Shown: one piece after another, positions 29,068 through 38,595 of the stretch
How positions within the stretch are numbered: the first letter of the stretch is position 1
Layout of the letters: the number at the start of each line of letters is the position of its first letter
Assembly: GCA_040388985.1 (NCBI GenBank)
Contig: JAZKAU010000002.1
Coordinates: 311,642 to 375,641, forward strand
Length of the DNA stretch: 64,000 nt
Origin: Patescibacteria group bacterium
Lineage (GTDB): Bacteria > Patescibacteriota > Minisyncoccia > Phycocordibacterales > Phycocordibacteraceae
Reading direction: 5' to 3'
The notes under the pieces: model-generated
The model's database searches: none
Told to the model about the DNA's origin: nothing
What the model saw: the letters and a program-made list of their open reading frames with translations, nothing else
Made by a program: the position numbers and the translations under genes

Positions 29068-30165
29068 TTGTTTCCTATTTTACCTTCAAAGTTTTTCTCC
29101 CGTTCTACACGTGCGTCGAACAGGGATACATATAAGCGGTTTGGTTTAGTAGCTGCGATTCCCGCTCTACTTCTTTTTGTCCATATCATCGCACCTAATG
29201 CGATAGACGGTTTCTTTCCGTTCCCTCACAGCGCACATGCGCAGAGCGATAGTATCGGCGGCATCATTCATGACCCAAGCATAGGTTTGCTTAAAGGCGT
29301 TCGTGACTCAAGTGTTACTGACGACAATGAGATGGAAGTCTCAGGAGGAATGGCGCTCATGTCTCATTCTGATCTTTCAGAAGGAAGTGAGGGAGGCGTA
29401 AGCACGCAATCAGCGAAGCCGAAGAAATCAGGCATTTCTCTCTACACTGTCAAAGAAGGAGATTCGCTTTCAGAAATAGCTGAAGAGCATGGAGTTTCAA
29501 GTAATACTATTCTCTGGGCAAACGACATTCGTGATGCAAGTACCATCCGTACTGGAGACGAACTTATTATCCTTCCTGTCTCAGGCGTACAGCATAAGGT
29601 AGCTTCTGGCGAGACTCTACAGACTATAGCGAAGAAGTATGGATCGGATGCATCTGACATCGCACTCTATAACGGCATTGATGAATCAAGTGGTCTTAAG
29701 CAGGGAGCAGAGATAGTGGTTCCCGGCGGAGCGTTCCCTTCAGCTACGAAGAAAGTCGCAAGTACGGCAAACACAAAGAAAGCTGCGGTATCAACAGCAA
29801 AGTCGAGTAGCTCGTCTACTGGCGGGAAGTTTGGGAACCCGCTCCCAGGCAGAGCGATCACACAGGCGAATCACGGATATAATGCAGTAGATATAGATGG
29901 CGAAACAGGAGACCCGATTTACGCTTCGGCTGGCGGTAAGGTCATTATTGCTAAGGGTGGAGGAGGCTACAACGGTGGCTACGGAAATTACATCGTAATT
30001 GAGCATGGGGGAGGAGTTCAGACACTTTACGCTCACATGTCGAGCCTTGCGGTGTCAGGTGGCACGGTTGAAAAGGGTGAGATTATCGGGTATGTAGGTA
30101 GTACCGGAAAATCAACGGGTTCGCATCTGCACTTTGAAGTTCGCGGAGCAACTAATCCGCTTTAA
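29068..30165 (+). CDS. LysM-domain M23 family metallopeptidase (peptidoglycan hydrolase)
   Basis: two LysM repeats (YTVKEGDSLSEIA..., HKVASGETLQTIA...), C-terminal M23 HxxxD/HxH motifs (AVDIDG, YAHMS, GSHLHFEV). Confidence 0.85.
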   Translation: MFPILPSKFFSRSTRASNRDTYKRFGLVAAIPALLLFVHIIAPNAIDGFFPFPHSAHAQSDSIGGIIHDPSIGLLKGVRDSSVTDDNEMEVSGGMALMSHSDLSEGSEGGVSTQSAKPKKSGISLYTVKEGDSLSEIAEEHGVSSNTILWANDIRDASTIRTGDELIILPVSGVQHKVASGETLQTIAKKYGSDASDIALYNGIDESSGLKQGAEIVVPGGAFPSATKKVASTANTKKAAVSTAKSSSSSTGGKFGNPLPGRAITQANHGYNAVDIDGETGDPIYASAGGKVIIAKGGGGYNGGYGNYIVIEHGGGVQTLYAHMSSLAVSGGTVEKGEIIGYVGSTGKSTGSHLHFEVRGATNPL

Positions 30166-30204
30166 GCGAGATTCTCTTGTCTTCCATAGCAGGATAGTAG
30201 TTTC

Positions 30205-30657
30205 CTAGAGCCTCTTGAGAATGCTACTCATCTGATCAATCTCCAGTTGCTGGCTCGCAATGATGTTCTGACAAAGCTGCTTTATCTCTGGATCAGTGAT
30301 TTTCGCTTGCTCACACATCAGTATGGCTCCTGAGTGGTGAGGAATCATAGATTGAAGGAATCCCTTGTCTCCCACAAAAGTCTGATATCGAATCGCAAGA
30401 AATGAAAGTACGAGAACAACGAACCCGATACCAATTATGATCTTGTTCAATTTCTTGTCTTTGTACATCATGCCCATGAGGAGCATCTCAAGAATGAGCA
30501 TAGGCGCAGTCATCATGATTCCCATATAGAGGAAATTGATATTTGGAACCGCGTTCGCAAATACATTTACCATTGCAAACATGAGGACGAACATGGCGAC
30601 TACATGGAGTCCGACCATAAGAGCTAGTTTGCTATAGGAGGCATCTTTCATATTCAT
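30205..30657 (-). CDS. DUF305 family membrane protein (metal-resistance associated)
   Basis: MIPHHSGAILMCEQA matches DUF305 HHxGA-x-M motif; N-terminal TM helices. Confidence 0.6.
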   Translation of the reverse strand: MNMKDASYSKLALMVGLHVVAMFVLMFAMVNVFANAVPNINFLYMGIMMTAPMLILEMLLMGMMYKDKKLNKIIIGIGFVVLVLSFLAIRYQTFVGDKGFLQSMIPHHSGAILMCEQAKITDPEIKQLCQNIIASQQLEIDQMSSILKRL

Positions 30658-30738
30658 AGAAATATTAGCTTATGCGAACTGATAATACGTATAGATATTG
30701 TACCTTTTATCCCTTCTTAATAGGTATAGAATAGAGGT

Positions 30739-31107
30739 ATGACTGCGCAGATAAAGAAACTCCTATCGTGGTCAGCGCTGGCTTTGATAGTAGTGGTTCC
30801 TCTCCTGATGCTTTTCACCATGGCGATGCCCATGGATCATAGTACGGGTGGCTGTCCCTTTATGAAGGGTGAGACTTCAATCTGCCCGATGTCGGTTTTG
30901 GATCACATAACGAGCTGGCAGAGCACATTTACCATTACTCTCGTCGAGATACTCACGTTTGCCCTGCCAATCTTCGCGCTCGCATTGATTTGGCTCATTC
31001 TTCCAAAACCTGAACATCCACCGGGGTACCGAAGACGTTCCTATCCAGTACCGCCTTTACTACAAGAACTCTTCTCAAGCGGTCTCCTCAATCCGAGAGT
31101 TCCATAG
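30739..31107 (+). CDS. small membrane protein with conserved Cys pair (paralog of 25154..25516)
   Basis: see paralog alignment; C-terminal QELFSSGLLNPRVP vs QQLFSQGILNSKAY. Confidence 0.45.
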   Translation: MTAQIKKLLSWSALALIVVVPLLMLFTMAMPMDHSTGGCPFMKGETSICPMSVLDHITSWQSTFTITLVEILTFALPIFALALIWLILPKPEHPPGYRRRSYPVPPLLQELFSSGLLNPRVP

Positions 31108-31146
31108 AAACCCTTTAGTTATCTTTATTTCACTTAACTAAACTCT

Positions 31147-31548
31147 ATGGAAAAGAATGTAATTATTATAGGACTCGTTGCTCTTATTATTGGCGCTGGA
31201 GGGGGTTATGCACTTGCTATGAACAAGGCCCCGGAACCTACAGCAACTACCGGAGGTCATATGATGTCTAACGGTCAGATGATGGGAGGCTCTATGTCAG
31301 GGAATAGTATGCAGGGTGAGATGGACTCGATGATGGCTGGGCTTCAAGGAAAGACTGGAGACGCGTTCGACCAGGCCTTTTTGAGCGAGATGATCATGCA
31401 CCACCAAGGAGCCGTACAAATGGCTGAAGCAGCCCTTCAGAACGCAAAGCATCAGGAGATAAAGGATCTTGCAAAGAACATCATCTCTGCACAGAACACC
31501 GAGATCAAAGAGATGCAAGACTGGCAAAAGTCTTGGTACGGGAACTAA
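31147..31548 (+). CDS. DUF305 family protein with Met-rich (Cu-binding-like) region
   Basis: MIMHHQGAVQMA DUF305 motif; MMSNGQMMGGSMSGNSMQGEMDSMM Met-rich stretch; signal anchor. Confidence 0.65.
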   Translation: MEKNVIIIGLVALIIGAGGGYALAMNKAPEPTATTGGHMMSNGQMMGGSMSGNSMQGEMDSMMAGLQGKTGDAFDQAFLSEMIMHHQGAVQMAEAALQNAKHQEIKDLAKNIISAQNTEIKEMQDWQKSWYGN

Positions 31549-32322
31549 GTGGAGACTGTATGCGTTATGAACCAGACTACTAAACGAACAGCGATCCTCT
31601 ACCGAATGGTGCTACCAGACCATACCTGTCCGTATGGCCTGAAGGCTCGATGGCTTCTAAGGAAGCGCGGGTATGAAATCGATGATCAAATACTTCACAC
31701 CCGTCATGAAGTGGATGCGTTCAAAGCAGAATACTCTGTAGAATCGACACCTCAAATCTTCATTAACGACAAAAGAATTCGTGGGTATGATGACTTGCGT
31801 AAATCGTTAGGCATGAAGGTGCGCGATCCTAAGGGTACGACGTATACGCCCGTTGTTGTAGTGTTTGTTACCACAGCTCTCATGGCTTTGGCAGTGAGCT
31901 ACGCAACATACGGAGACCTGCTTACACTGCAAACGGTTCAGTGGTTCATCGCGCTCTCAATGATGGTACTCGGCATGCTCAAGCTCCAAGACATTGAAAG
32001 CTTCTCCAGTATGTTCCTGAACTATGATCTGCTTGCTCGTCGCTGGGTTCGGTATGGATATATATACCCATATGCAGAACTTGGAGCGGGAGCACTCATG
32101 GTGGCAGGCGCATTGTCTTGGCTATCAATTCCAGTTGCCCTGCTCATTGGAATCATTGGTGCAGTATCTGTATTCAAGGCCGTCTACATCGACAAGCGAG
32201 AACTCAAATGTGCCTGTGTCGGTGGAAACAGTAATGTTCCGCTCGGCTTCCTATCTCTCACTGAGAATCTCATGATGATAGCGATGGCTCTATGGATGCT
32301 GATAATGATTGGAATGCATTAG
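31549..32322 (+). CDS. glutaredoxin-like domain fused to multi-TM (MauE/DoxX-like) membrane domain
   Basis: CPYG active-site motif in N-terminal ~80 aa; 4-5 C-terminal TM helices with Cys pair CACVGG; start could be internal ATG (MNQTTKR). Confidence 0.55.
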   Translation: METVCVMNQTTKRTAILYRMVLPDHTCPYGLKARWLLRKRGYEIDDQILHTRHEVDAFKAEYSVESTPQIFINDKRIRGYDDLRKSLGMKVRDPKGTTYTPVVVVFVTTALMALAVSYATYGDLLTLQTVQWFIALSMMVLGMLKLQDIESFSSMFLNYDLLARRWVRYGYIYPYAELGAGALMVAGALSWLSIPVALLIGIIGAVSVFKAVYIDKRELKCACVGGNSNVPLGFLSLTENLMMIAMALWMLIMIGMH

Positions 32323-32339
32323 TGTTCTACAAATCAAAA

Positions 32340-32373
32340 TATGCAAAAGGCCGCTATATAGCGGCCTTTTGCA
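32340..32373. terminator. bidirectional terminator hairpin (AAAAGGCCGCTATATAGCGGCCTTTT)
   Basis: perfect stem between convergent genes; possible boundary between metal module and satellite-like module. Confidence 0.6.
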
Positions 32374-32384
32374 TTAGGATGCTA

Positions 32385-33707
32385 CTAATTAATCGCCAGA
32401 GTAATTTTCTTGTCATTAATAAGAAGTTTACCCTTTAAACATCCAAGTAATTCCCGCTTTTCTATGTCCGCTCCTTCTCTTAAGAGGTATTTAGCGTAAT
32501 TTCGTATATCTACATCTACTATCTCAATTTTGGTCTTTGTGCCTAGAATAGCTTGCTGGAACTTCTTAAACCTCTCAACCTCAGCTTTTATCTTTTCCTT
32601 AATACCAATCTCGTCGATATCAATGGTATCCATAAGAGCGATGAATTGTTCTATAAGATCCGTCTCATTTATATAGCCTGATTTACAATTCACATCTTTG
32701 CCTTTGCCGCAGCCGTAATAGACGTGGCGGTGAACATTTCCGTTCTTTTGCTTCTTAAATTTCTCGTCAGCCGAGATACTTGAACCGCATAGGCCACACT
32801 CCATAAGACGAGTGAAGGCAAATTCTTTAGTCTCGGAACGGATCACTTGGCTCTTTACTTGTTCCTGAACGAGGTCAAACAGCTCTTTAGAAATAAGGGG
32901 TTCGTGCTTTCCTTGATACCAACGGCCTGAATTCTTCGGGTATTCAAATACTCCGTAGTAGAAGGGATTTTGGAGAAGAATATAAATATTACTCAAACTC
33001 AGGTTCTTGTTCCCGGCGGCTGTCTTAAAATTAAGCTCGAATTTGAGCCAGTTATATACCTTACGTCCGCTCCATTTTTCATATGCTACTTTCTCGAACA
33101 TCTTCCTAATTACCATTGCTCTATCTGGGTCGAGAATGCTCTGACACTTCCTATCCAGTCGCTGTTCTTTCAGATAGCCGGTAGGGGCACGTCCCGGCAG
33201 TAGTCCCATTTCTACTCTCGTCTTTAAACCTCTCTTTACATTAATACTCTTGTTGTCGTTCTCGAGCTTTGCTTGAGAACACAGAATCATCAGGAGGAAC
33301 TTCTCGTTAGGGGAGTTCCTGAAGTGTTGTCCGTAAGTACGAATTTCAAGGAGTAGCTTCTGATCCATCAGATCTACGAGTGTTCCTAAGTCTCCAGCAT
33401 TTCTACTCAAACGGTCAGGTGCCCAAGTTAGTACGGCGTTAAAGCGTCCGCGTCGTATATCTTCGAGTAGTTCTTGATATACAGGTCGTTGTCCTGAATC
33501 CTTTGCTGAATGCGACTCTCTCCGAATATCTACTATCTCTAGATTCTCCCGCTCAGCGATTTGAAGCATTTCCTTAATCTGCGAATCTATGGAAAGAGCT
33601 TGCTTCTCATCGGACTCGGTAGATTTTCGGGCGTATAAGCAGTATCTAATTTTCTCTTCTATAATGACGGGTGATAATCCTATCTGTGAGGTTTCTAAAG
33701 TTTGCAT
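32385..33707 (-). CDS. large serine recombinase (resolvase/invertase N-domain + recombinase domain + zinc ribbon)
   Basis: YARKSTESDEKQ catalytic Ser region, DRLSRN, recombinase domain, CGLCGSS...YYGCGKG zinc ribbon, C-terminal coiled coil. Confidence 0.85.
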   Translation of the reverse strand: MQTLETSQIGLSPVIIEEKIRYCLYARKSTESDEKQALSIDSQIKEMLQIAERENLEIVDIRRESHSAKDSGQRPVYQELLEDIRRGRFNAVLTWAPDRLSRNAGDLGTLVDLMDQKLLLEIRTYGQHFRNSPNEKFLLMILCSQAKLENDNKSINVKRGLKTRVEMGLLPGRAPTGYLKEQRLDRKCQSILDPDRAMVIRKMFEKVAYEKWSGRKVYNWLKFELNFKTAAGNKNLSLSNIYILLQNPFYYGVFEYPKNSGRWYQGKHEPLISKELFDLVQEQVKSQVIRSETKEFAFTRLMECGLCGSSISADEKFKKQKNGNVHRHVYYGCGKGKDVNCKSGYINETDLIEQFIALMDTIDIDEIGIKEKIKAEVERFKKFQQAILGTKTKIEIVDVDIRNYAKYLLREGADIEKRELLGCLKGKLLINDKKITLAIN

Positions 33708-33711
33708 ATAG

Positions 33712-34014
33712 TTATTTCAATTTACTTAATGCTTCGGCACGAAGTCTTCCCATATCTCGGAGTACACCTAAATATACTTTCCGGCTCCTGTCCGTACCTT
33801 GGTGCGTATTGAGCCAGTCGATCAACTCGTCTGGTACGTATGTAGCAAGAGAGCTATAGGAAACTATCAACTCTTCAATCCTTTCAAGGATTGCTCGCTT
33901 TAAATCCTTCTTGGAGTGGGGAAGCAGAGAGATTCTATTCAGATAGGCACTGTCGGCTTCTTTCTTAAAACGATAATGATCTGCGGTATCCAATATTTCG
34001 TCCCTGTCCTCCAC
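33712..34014 (-). CDS. small hypothetical protein (possible RDF/regulator)
   Basis: 100-aa ORF immediately upstream of recombinase on same strand. Confidence 0.3.
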   Translation of the reverse strand: MEDRDEILDTADHYRFKKEADSAYLNRISLLPHSKKDLKRAILERIEELIVSYSSLATYVPDELIDWLNTHQGTDRSRKVYLGVLRDMGRLRAEALSKLK

Positions 34015-34326
34015 CTATTAATTGATGCCAGACTGGTGGCTGGTGCATAGTCTATGCAGAACTAGTCTTTCGTCGCATGGTCGCGAAGGCCTTAGCAAAG
34101 GGTAGGAACTGCGATAATATGAAGAAGTAGTACAGGGCTATGTATTACCTCAATATGGCCTAAACCGAGCAATTGCCCGGCATGGCCGAATAACCGCGAC
34201 CAGCATAGAAAACCCGTCATCAGGGCGCTGGTCGCGTTACCAGGGGAAACTCTGGTATGTCCTTCGGGACTCCTGGTGGCGGGTTTTGTGCTACCCACCA
34301 GAATTACAAATCGCGACCAGCAACAT

Positions 34327-34806
34327 ATGAATGACTCAACCGAGAGTGAGAAATCTGCTCTACAAAAACCTATTAGCGAGCTATGGAAAACCAGTCCTGT
34401 AACTCGAGTTACCACTGTTGTAGTGGTGCTTATACTGATCCTTATAGTTTGGGGTTCTGGAACACCAGCTCCAACATATCAATATCAGTATGTTCCAGAT
34501 ACGAGTTCTCAGCCTGCTGTAAGTACAACGGGAACGTATCAAGAAGTGCTTACGTTCTCTGGCAATGGACCTAAGCGGTCAGAGCCATTTACCATTATAG
34601 GTAGCCGATTCAAGATTACTTATGATTGTAAGGCTATGTATTGCGGCGCGTTCGTATTCAACACAAGCGATCAGATGCCAAGAGCGCTTATGAATAGCCC
34701 TGAGGCAGTAAGCGATGAAACTGTGTTCTACGGTAGCGGCCAATACTACATTGATACCAATATAGTGAATGGAAGTTATACGATGACGGTATACGACTAT
34801 AAATAG
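34327..34806 (+). CDS. membrane-anchored extracellular hypothetical protein
   Basis: single TM (VTTVVVVLILILIVW) then Thr/Tyr-rich beta region; start trimmed to MNDSTESEK. Confidence 0.4.
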   Translation: MNDSTESEKSALQKPISELWKTSPVTRVTTVVVVLILILIVWGSGTPAPTYQYQYVPDTSSQPAVSTTGTYQEVLTFSGNGPKRSEPFTIIGSRFKITYDCKAMYCGAFVFNTSDQMPRALMNSPEAVSDETVFYGSGQYYIDTNIVNGSYTMTVYDYK

Positions 34807-34818
34807 TCTCCAGTTAAT

Positions 34819-36270
34819 TTAAAAGAATCGGGGCACAGCTGGAGGATTGTTGACTGTGTGTAGTACAAGCATCGAAAAGGCATCGGCTAGGTCATCATGC
34901 TTTTCGACACCGAAGTGTACCAGCTGTTGAATTAGCTGTTCCGCGCCTTCTCTTGGGAAAAGGATTGTGCCATTCTTAATTAGATTTGCGGTTAACATGA
35001 GTCGACTGCGCTTGTCTGACCCTGGGTGAATAGTCTCTACTTGCCAAATACCTTCGGTAATAAGCTGCTCGGCCATAGCCCTCTGATACCCAACATCTTC
35101 GATAAGAAATGTGGCTTGTTGTCTATCCTCGTCCATATATGTCTGGTGAAGGATCTTGCAGGTATTTACTGTTTCGGGAAAATCCATTCTCCTGTTTACG
35201 ATCTTAGGCAGGATATATATGCAGTAGTCATTCTCTCGTTCATACAATAGCGCAGGAACCATGGCGGTGTAGTCCGCCGTATCCCTCTTGGATATCGCAA
35301 GATCTACTCCAATATGGAGCTCTGTATGCGTTGTGTAATATTCGTCCAACTGTGTTGATGGAGGAATCGTATCGTAGTACTGAATCCAGGCGCGATCGAT
35401 AACTTGATCTTCGGCAGGAACGATATTTAAGAGATATTCTCTCTGCCAAGCATATTCGTTAGAAGCTTTACGGCGTTCCTCCTCAACATCCTCCATGGTT
35501 GGATATTTGCCTGGCCATAGCACCTGACTTCTGTCGATAAGTGGATAAGACTTAAAAACACCCACCATGCTCTCTGTTTCCACATCTTCTTTAAGTCTCA
35601 TCATGAGTGAATCCTCGTGAAGGAGGTTTCCGATAATGATCATGCGCGTAGTACGGTCTCCGGTCGGTATAACTTCACCCGTTAGCCATTCATAGGTCTT
35701 ATTACGTCCCTCGCGTGTTTTCGTCGAAGCGATATCTTCAAGGTCGTCTCCAATAATAAGATCTGGTCTGTGTTGGTTGTGACGCAAGCCTCGGATGCTT
35801 TGTTCGGAAGAGACGGTTGTGATACGGGCATTGGTTTCAGCAAATACGAGTGAGGAAGCTCCCCATTCGTTATGCTCTTCTTGAAACGGACCAAGATCGT
35901 TCTTAAGGAGTATATTTCCCTCAAGCTCGCGTCGTAGGTTCATCATATGTTGCTTTGCTTGCGCCTGGGTCTGCGCGAGTATTAGCACGAACTTCTTCTG
36001 TGGCTGTCCAAGGATTGCCCAAAGCGGATATGACATAGTGAAGATCGTAGACTTTGCCGACCCACGAAATGCGACTATGAAGAGGTTTCTGATGTTTTCT
36101 TGTTCAGACAGATGAATCAGTTCTCGTTGGAAGGGAGCGGTAGGGTACTTTACATAGTGTGCGAAGTAGAAGTGGAAGAACATGAAGTGGCTTTGCCGAG
36201 TGATTGCTGAGCGAACATTACGGTCACTAAACATTTTCTCGGCAAGTTCTGGTGGCAGATGCTCATTCAT
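34819..36270 (-). CDS. phage terminase large subunit
   Basis: Walker A-like VAFRGSAKST, Walker B LIIGDDLED, C-terminal RNaseH-like nuclease acidic residues; size 483 aa. Confidence 0.8.
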   Translation of the reverse strand: MNEHLPPELAEKMFSDRNVRSAITRQSHFMFFHFYFAHYVKYPTAPFQRELIHLSEQENIRNLFIVAFRGSAKSTIFTMSYPLWAILGQPQKKFVLILAQTQAQAKQHMMNLRRELEGNILLKNDLGPFQEEHNEWGASSLVFAETNARITTVSSEQSIRGLRHNQHRPDLIIGDDLEDIASTKTREGRNKTYEWLTGEVIPTGDRTTRMIIIGNLLHEDSLMMRLKEDVETESMVGVFKSYPLIDRSQVLWPGKYPTMEDVEEERRKASNEYAWQREYLLNIVPAEDQVIDRAWIQYYDTIPPSTQLDEYYTTHTELHIGVDLAISKRDTADYTAMVPALLYERENDYCIYILPKIVNRRMDFPETVNTCKILHQTYMDEDRQQATFLIEDVGYQRAMAEQLITEGIWQVETIHPGSDKRSRLMLTANLIKNGTILFPREGAEQLIQQLVHFGVEKHDDLADAFSMLVLHTVNNPPAVPRFF

Positions 36271-36682
36271 CTTGGTCTTGGATAGGGCTCTCTAAGTTTG
36301 CTGGTTCAGGAAGAGAGAAGGAGGCAAGTCGAAGTGCTTCGCGTACCACTTCTTCTTGTTCAGGAGTAAGTTCTTCCTTTGGTTTCGTAGTCGTCACCTC
36401 CAGACGATCGCGATACTTGGGACTGCGCTTACGGAGCCAGAAGGATATGGCGTTCCAGTTCTTGTCGCGGATCATACTAATGAGCTGGCTTTCGCTCATG
36501 TCGTTGATCAGTTCCTCGCCTTCGCCTAACGCTATGTCCATCGATTTACGGAACTCAGGATCTTCGTTTTTCCAGCGATAGACGCTATTGCGCGATACTC
36601 CAACTTTTTCGCAGGCGACCTGGACGATAGGGACTTTCCGGAGATGATCCAGGAACGCGTCTTTGACCTTATTCTTTTTCAT
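36263..36682 (-). CDS. terminase small subunit-like HTH protein
   Basis: N-terminal HTH (VQVACEKVGVSRNSVYRWKNED), located directly upstream of terminase large subunit. Confidence 0.5.
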   Translation of the reverse strand: MKKNKVKDAFLDHLRKVPIVQVACEKVGVSRNSVYRWKNEDPEFRKSMDIALGEGEELINDMSESQLISMIRDKNWNAISFWLRKRSPKYRDRLEVTTTKPKEELTPEQEEVVREALRLASFSLPEPANLESPIQDQDE

Positions 36683-37958
36683 GCGCGTTTCCGGTTACTT
36701 TTGCTTTGTTTCCCGTAAGCTTTTCGTACCGCTTAATAGCGAGATCGCAGAAGGCAGGCTCAAGTTCTACGGCGTAGACGCGGCGCTTCAACTGCTCGGC
36801 GGCAATCATCGTACTTCCTGAGCCAGAGAAGCTATCGAGAATAATCTCGCCTGGCTTCGTACAGCGACGAATAGCCTTCTCATGAAGCTTAGGGGGCTTC
36901 GAGGTTGCGTGTTCATAATCTTTCCCAGAGAGTCGCTTTACGAGCCACACATCGAGATGATCGAGCGTCTCCTCAATGAGGTTGTTTCCAGTCGTAATCT
37001 CCTTATTGAGTACTTCGTTCAGGTTCTGAATGCTCTTGGCTATATACGGTTTACCTCGCAGTCCATAAACGCAGGGTTCGTAGCATTTATTGAACGCGAC
37101 AGACGGCACCGGATTCTGCGAGTTCTTGAGCCATAGACACACACGCTTATTCGCTATACCGAGTTCGCGGTACAGCTCCTGCATGAGACCGATATAGATC
37201 TGATCGCACCAGTAGAAGACATGCGTATCCGGCTTCGCTACCGAAAGGGCAGCGATCATCGTCTTTGTTATGAATTCCTTATACTCGCTGTCAGTGCGAG
37301 TATCGAGGACGTTTCCTCCATAGTTCTGCTTGCCCCCAATCCCCCCGTTGTAGTCGATATTGATGTTGTATGGTGGATCGCTATAGATCATTGACGCGCG
37401 TTCCTCTCCGAAGAGGTGACCGAGTACCCTTGGGTCAGTTGAACTCCCGCAAATAAGACGATGGCCACCAAGCTGAATGAGGTCTCCAATCTTAGTTTTT
37501 GGCTCCTTGATCTGCTTCAGCTCCTTCTCTTCGTCGAATTCGTCATTCTCTGTCTCCAAGTTCTCCGTCCAGACATTCGAGAGGTCGATGTCGCTAAAGC
37601 CAACATCAGACAGGAAGTCCATCTCGAAGAACTTCAATTTCTCGAAGTCCCATTCTCCGGTGTTGCGGTTAAGGCGAAGGTTCAGTTCCTGTTCCTTCCT
37701 CAGGCTTGGAATCTGGACGTACACGACTGGTACAGTCTTGTGTCCCAATTCCTTAGCGGCACGAAGGCGCATGTGACCACCAATAACGATGTTCTTGCGC
37801 TTCGGTGCACCATTCACGATTACAGGATCTACCAGCTCGAAGCGAGAGATACTCTCTTTAAGCTGGGTAAGCGCCTCCTTGGAGATCTTGCGAGGGTTGT
37901 ACTCGGCAGGCTTTAAGTCTCCGACCGGTACGTACACAATATTTAGTTCTTTGTTCAT
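36669..37958 (-). CDS. ParB-like nuclease domain fused to DNA N6-adenine/N4-cytosine methyltransferase
   Basis: ParB N-domain (IGGHMRLRAAKELG), MTase motif IV DPPY (IYSDPPYNI) and motif I (LDSFSGSGST). Confidence 0.85.
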   Translation of the reverse strand: MNKELNIVYVPVGDLKPAEYNPRKISKEALTQLKESISRFELVDPVIVNGAPKRKNIVIGGHMRLRAAKELGHKTVPVVYVQIPSLRKEQELNLRLNRNTGEWDFEKLKFFEMDFLSDVGFSDIDLSNVWTENLETENDEFDEEKELKQIKEPKTKIGDLIQLGGHRLICGSSTDPRVLGHLFGEERASMIYSDPPYNINIDYNGGIGGKQNYGGNVLDTRTDSEYKEFITKTMIAALSVAKPDTHVFYWCDQIYIGLMQELYRELGIANKRVCLWLKNSQNPVPSVAFNKCYEPCVYGLRGKPYIAKSIQNLNEVLNKEITTGNNLIEETLDHLDVWLVKRLSGKDYEHATSKPPKLHEKAIRRCTKPGEIILDSFSGSGSTMIAAEQLKRRVYAVELEPAFCDLAIKRYEKLTGNKAKVTGNAHEKE

Positions 37959-38124
37959 ATTCCTTTGAAACAGTTATGTTCAATAAGGATGTATGGAAAT
38001 AGAAAAGGCCTATTCCACACACGAAAAGAGAAGAGGTTCAATGCCTCAACTCATTTCTTGCGCGGAATAGGCATGGCCGGGAGGCGATACGCTACTCTAC
38101 TTTTTACTACGCTATATCACTATT

Positions 38125-38532
38125 CTATTCCTCTCGCTTTTTCTTCGCAAGGCCTCGAAGCACTCGCTTACCATTTTTACTGTTCAGGAACTCCACAGTA
38201 TCCTTTCCCGGTCCCACTGGAACGCCTGCACGGTCAAAAGAGAGAAGGACTTTATATCCTTTAGACTCTTGATCCCGTACATAATTCACAAAATCTGGAT
38301 CCTCCTTAAGACGATTGATTGCGTACGCGCGTGAATCCATTAGTGCGAGCAAGTCAATTGGCCCGTAAATGCGACCTGGTTGCCCTGCATCAACTGCTTT
38401 TCGTATTTTATTTCCGACTGAAGGAGTGGCAGTCTTTGCCGCAGTATGGAACGCTCCGTCAGTGATATGAATCGTGACATATTTCCGTCCCTTTTTAAGG
38501 ACGGCGGGATTTAGATCAAGCCGATATTCCAT
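38125..38532 (-). CDS. hypothetical protein (135 aa after start trimming), divergent from CD-NTase gene
   Basis: ORF 38125..38742 trimmed to internal ATG (MEYRLDLNPAV...) to avoid overlap with + strand gene; no motif recognised. Confidence 0.35.
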   Translation of the reverse strand: MEYRLDLNPAVLKKGRKYVTIHITDGAFHTAAKTATPSVGNKIRKAVDAGQPGRIYGPIDLLALMDSRAYAINRLKEDPDFVNYVRDQESKGYKVLLSFDRAGVPVGPGKDTVEFLNSKNGKRVLRGLAKKKREE

Positions 38533-38595
38533 ACCAGTATTATACTCTTCTCCTATTTGCTCGCTATATAACCTGGGCTGTAATAAAATAGCGTT

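Noticed and set aside
36882-37916. Plus-strand ORFs 36882-37136, 37461-37916 and 37477-37776 inside the ParB-methyltransferase gene
   Set aside because: They are antisense to a well-supported CDS and their translations are Leu/Ser/Phe-rich low-complexity.
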